Shown here: positions 60,395-64,000 of the stretch, in pieces
Numbering within the stretch: the first letter of the stretch is position 1
Layout: each line of letters starts with the position of its first letter
From: Candidatus Cloacimonadales bacterium
GTDB taxonomy: Bacteria > Cloacimonadota > Cloacimonadia > Cloacimonadales > JAFGVF01
Assembly: GCA_963662585.1 (NCBI GenBank)
Contig: OY759729.1
Span: 1,504,001 to 1,568,000, forward strand
Direction of reading: 5' to 3'
DNA: 64,000 bases
Notes under the pieces: model-generated
Told to the model about the DNA's origin: nothing
Seen by the model: the letters and a program-made list of their open reading frames with translations, nothing else
Databases searched by the model: none
Program-made: the position numbers and the translations under genes

Positions 60395-60795
60395 TCCCCC
60401 TGCAATAGAAGTGATAAACTTTTCAAAATTGAGGGAATTATTTCTCCTTTAACGATTTAATCCTACAATATATTTACGCCTAAGATATTATTAGACAAGG
60501 ACTATCGGTATTTTCAGCTAAAATATTATAACTTAATCTTATGAGTTGTTAATAATCTAGACAAACATGATTTAAGCAAAATTTCCATTATTTAATGATT
60601 TAAAACATCTCAATAAAGCATCAGTTACCATTTTATAAATGTGTTGCTTTTTTTCCACATTTCCATTTTTTCAAAAAACTCATCTATTGCCTCTAAATAT
60701 TATATATTCAGCTTATTATCCTCTTTTTCAATTGACTTATTTAAGCACTATTTATTAAATGGCATTAGATTTTGAGGTAAAAAGAGGTTGCATAA

Positions 60796-63297
60796 ATGAA
60801 TGAATATTTCGTATTAGATAAGTTCTTAGAAAAAAGTAGCTTTCAAACCAATATTGCTGTTCATCATAAAGATGAAGCTAAAGAGGCCGAATGGAGTGAT
60901 ATTCCTCAATCTTTACACCCCTGGGTTAGGGCAACCTTAGAAGAATCAGGTTTTCAGAAGCTATATATTCATCAAGAAAAAGCTATAACAAGTATTTTAA
61001 AAGGAGTTAGTACTGTAATAAGTACAGGTGTTTCGAGTGGGAAAAGTCTATGTTATCAAGTTCCAATAATACATTCTTTATCATTTAACCAAAACAATAG
61101 CACTTTATGTCTATATCCAACCAAAGCTTTAGCCCAAGATCAATTTAAATCATTCTCTCCTTTACTTGAGACCTTTTCAACTATCTCTGCTAGGAAACCG
61201 AATTTAAATATTTATGATGGAGATACTGAGCAAAGTCAAAGGAAGGCAATAAGAGAAAATGCTAATATTATTATATCCAATCCTGATATGTTGCATGTTA
61301 GTATCTTACCAAATCATAACAGTTGGGCAAAATTCTTTGCTAACCTGAAATTTGTTATAATCGATGAAGTTCATATTTATCGTGGGATTTTTGGTTCTCA
61401 CTTTACTAATGTTATTCGCAGGTTAAAAAGAGTTTGTTCTCACTATGGAAGCTCCCCTACTTTTATTCTAACATCAGCAACTATAGGAAATACTCGCGAG
61501 TTTATCACCTCCATTATCGAACAATTATTTAAAATAATTGATAAAGATTATTCTCCCCAAGGTAATCGCCATTTTTTAATCTATAACCCTCCCCTAGTAA
61601 ATGTTGAGTTAGGAATAAGAAGAAATGCTCTTCAAGAAACAACCAGAATAGCTAATTTTTTTAATAAGTTAAATGTACAAAGTCTTATTTTCACTCGTTC
61701 TAGAAGGTCAGTAGAGTTAATTGTTAGCAATTTAAAGAAAAGCAATAGCAGATCTTTTACTGGATATCGGAGTGGCTACTTAAAAGAGGAGAGAAGAGAG
61801 ATAGAGAAGCAACTTAAAGATGGAGAATTAAATAGCGTCGTTTCGACTAATGCTTTAGAGTTAGGCATTGATATTGGTGATTTGGATGTGGTAATCATCA
61901 ATGGTTATCCAGGAACTATTGCCTCAACTCTCCAACAAGCAGGAAGAACAGGAAGAACTGGTAATGATTCTTTAGTTGTTATGGTAGCGAATTCCTCTCT
62001 CATCAATCAATATTTAGTTAAATATCCTGAATACCTTTTCTCTAAAACTCCGGAACAAGCTCTTTTAGATGCTAATAATCCTTATATTCTTTTAGACCAT
62101 TTGAAATGTTCTATCTATGAACTTCCTTTTGATCGTAGAGAAATTTATTATGGAGTTTCAAGAGAGACAATCAATGAGTTATTAGATTTTCTCCTAGATA
62201 AAGGCTATGCAATTGAAAGAGATAGTGTTGTCTATTGGAATACAGCTAGTATCCCTGCCCAACAATGCTCTTTGCGTACAATTAATTCTAACAGTTATAC
62301 AGTATTGCATCATGGAAAGAATATTGGGCTTATTGATAATAATAGTGCCTCTTGGTTTGCTCACGAGAATGCTGTATATATTCATAATGGTGAGCCCTAT
62401 TTAGTCACTAAATTTGACACTAAGTTGAAAAATATTGAAGTCATTACTCATGACAAAGATTACTTTACCGAACCTATCATCAAAACTGATTATGAATTAA
62501 TAAAAGAACTAGATCTTTTAAGTTATCCTTTTGGGAAGGCTCATTATGCTGTATTGAATGTTCATACCCAAGTTTCAGCTTTTAAAAAGATTAAGTGGAG
62601 CAGTAGAGAGATTTTAGATACTGAAGAATTAGATTTACCTCAGACAACTCTTCCGACAAAAGGTGTTATTTTAACTCTTTCAGATTTTTATGAGGATTTT
62701 TTAGAGAAAAAGGGAAATAGTTCTAAGCAAAACAATTATGGAAAGGATTGGAGTGAAATCAAGAAATTAGTTAAACAAAGAGATCATTATACTTGTCAGA
62801 ACTGTGGTAAGTTAGAGAGTAGTGTCTCTTTTGATGTTCATCATATCAAACCATTTAAATCTTTTTCTAATGCTCAAGAAGCTAATAAGACTGAGAATTT
62901 AATAACCCTCTGTCGCCAGTGTCACCGAAATGCAGAGATACCAGTAAAGATTCAAAGTACAATGGCAGGTTTAGCCTATTTAATCCGTAATCTTGCCCCT
63001 CTATATTTAATGTGTTCTAACAGCGATATTCAAGTAAACTATAGTGATGATTCGAAGTTATCCGATGGAAAAGGAGCCATAATAATCTATGATTCTTTTA
63101 GAGGAGGGATAGGACTTTCCAAAAAAATCTTTACTGATTTAGTAGCAGTATTGGATTTATGTTATGCTCAAGTTAAAGATTGCAGCTGTAGTGATGGATG
63201 TCCATCTTGCACTGGACCTGTAGCTGAAAACGGTTATGGAGCTAAAGAGAGTGTCTTAGAACTTCTCCAAGAAATAAGCGGGGTTAGCAATGTCTGA
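60796..63297 (+). CDS. DEAH helicase with DUF1998 Zn domain (MrfA/YprA/Hrq1 family) carrying an inserted HNH domain
   Basis: TGVSSGKSL, YPTKALAQDQ, DEVH, SAT, TNALELGIDIG, QQAGRTGR and C-terminal CSCSDGCPSC; insert 'RDHYTCQNCG...DVHHIKPF...NLITLCRQCH'. Confidence 0.9.
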   Translation: MNEYFVLDKFLEKSSFQTNIAVHHKDEAKEAEWSDIPQSLHPWVRATLEESGFQKLYIHQEKAITSILKGVSTVISTGVSSGKSLCYQVPIIHSLSFNQNNSTLCLYPTKALAQDQFKSFSPLLETFSTISARKPNLNIYDGDTEQSQRKAIRENANIIISNPDMLHVSILPNHNSWAKFFANLKFVIIDEVHIYRGIFGSHFTNVIRRLKRVCSHYGSSPTFILTSATIGNTREFITSIIEQLFKIIDKDYSPQGNRHFLIYNPPLVNVELGIRRNALQETTRIANFFNKLNVQSLIFTRSRRSVELIVSNLKKSNSRSFTGYRSGYLKEERREIEKQLKDGELNSVVSTNALELGIDIGDLDVVIINGYPGTIASTLQQAGRTGRTGNDSLVVMVANSSLINQYLVKYPEYLFSKTPEQALLDANNPYILLDHLKCSIYELPFDRREIYYGVSRETINELLDFLLDKGYAIERDSVVYWNTASIPAQQCSLRTINSNSYTVLHHGKNIGLIDNNSASWFAHENAVYIHNGEPYLVTKFDTKLKNIEVITHDKDYFTEPIIKTDYELIKELDLLSYPFGKAHYAVLNVHTQVSAFKKIKWSSREILDTEELDLPQTTLPTKGVILTLSDFYEDFLEKKGNSSKQNNYGKDWSEIKKLVKQRDHYTCQNCGKLESSVSFDVHHIKPFKSFSNAQEANKTENLITLCRQCHRNAEIPVKIQSTMAGLAYLIRNLAPLYLMCSNSDIQVNYSDDSKLSDGKGAIIIYDSFRGGIGLSKKIFTDLVAVLDLCYAQVKDCSCSDGCPSCTGPVAENGYGAKESVLELLQEISGVSNV

Positions 63298-64000
63298 TTT
63301 GAAACTATTCCTTGATGACTTGCAAGAAGAGTCACAAAAGAAATCTGAATTTGCCAAACCAATAGATGAATTTTTAACAGGTTCTTTTATCGAAGAAGCT
63401 TCTCTACGAGTATTTGTTCATGAGAAAATTATCTCTGCAGAAAAGAAGATTAACTTAGCTGATTCTCTACCTAGGATTCCAAAGTGGCTATATAAGTATA
63501 GCAAAATATTTAATTTTGCTTCTGCTGAGGAGATTATCTTCTTAGATACAGAGACAACAGGTTTAGATAGGGGAGCTAATACTTATGCTTTTTTAACAGG
63601 TGTTCTCTACTTTGAAAACAATAATTGGGTATTGAAGCAGTTCTTTATAGAGTCTCCTGAAAATGAGACTTTATTAATGAAATTGCTTTCGGAGCTACTC
63701 TCTAATTTCAAAATATTAGTCAGTTATAATGGAAAATGTTACGATATTCCCCTACTTGATAATAGATTTAAATTTCATAAGAATGATTATTCTATTCGAG
63801 ATTTAGAATTTTTAGACCTATTACATCTATCCAGACGCTTTTGGAAAACATCCCTTCAAGGGTGTAAGTTACAAAACATTGAAACACTAATTTTCAATTA
63901 TATCAGAGACTACTCCAATGATATCCCCGGAGAACTTATTCCTAAAGCTTATTTTGATTATTTAACTAGTCGTAATGCAGAAGAAATATCTAATGTTTTT
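63290..64000 (+). CDS. RNase H-like (DEDD) exonuclease, MrfB/YprB family, runs off the window end
   Basis: Manual translation from ATG 63290, overlapping the helicase stop: MSDLKLFLDD...IIFLDTETTGLDRGANTYAFLTG...LVSYNGKCYDIPLL...FLDLLHLSRRFWK...DIPGELIP. Confidence 0.85.
   Translation, partial: MSDLKLFLDDLQEESQKKSEFAKPIDEFLTGSFIEEASLRVFVHEKIISAEKKINLADSLPRIPKWLYKYSKIFNFASAEEIIFLDTETTGLDRGANTYAFLTGVLYFENNNWVLKQFFIESPENETLLMKLLSELLSNFKILVSYNGKCYDIPLLDNRFKFHKNDYSIRDLEFLDLLHLSRRFWKTSLQGCKLQNIETLIFNYIRDYSNDIPGELIPKAYFDYLTSRNAEEISNVF

Noticed and set aside
62740..62940. Intein or homing endonuclease insertion in the helicase
   Set aside because: The insert is too short for splicing domains and shows no C/S...HN-C/S/T junction motifs.

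Overview
AT-rich bacterial chromosomal window, probably from Candidatus Cloacimonadota. This is inferred from lysine 5,6-aminomutase kamDE, a C25 gingipain-like protease and several secreted proteins ending in the YPNPFNPET...KMILMK FlgD/T9SS-like C-terminal domain. In order, the window holds: a type IVa pilus operon (pilA, pilT, minor pilins, pilMNOPQ) with a sigma54-type promoter; a SurA/PrsA-like lipoprotein; an EF-G paralog with a divergent domain IV; three tandem ~310-bp REP-mosaic units; fba and gap; a ~320-bp REPIN-like inverted repeat; FetAB-like ABC genes; a SNF2 helicase; kamDE; an rrf2-iscS-iscU operon; SRP RNA; an HpaII-like (CCGG) R-M pair bracketed by inverted REP-like elements; M42 peptidase; rmuC; a 2096-aa Kgp-like gingipain; a YtrA/ABC operon; an intact class C group II intron inserted behind a terminator; three secreted CTD proteins; a hybrid histidine kinase; a PP2C phosphatase; a candidate sRNA; and an MrfA/MrfB-like helicase-exonuclease pair whose helicase carries an HNH insert. 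The most striking signal is that the two ORFs at 48578-48877 and 46604-48556 form one reading frame interrupted only by a TGA in a C-E-S-(UGA) motif, followed by a SECIS-like hairpin. This makes it a candidate 744-aa secreted CxxU selenoprotein. All calls are from reading the sequence; no database searches were run.
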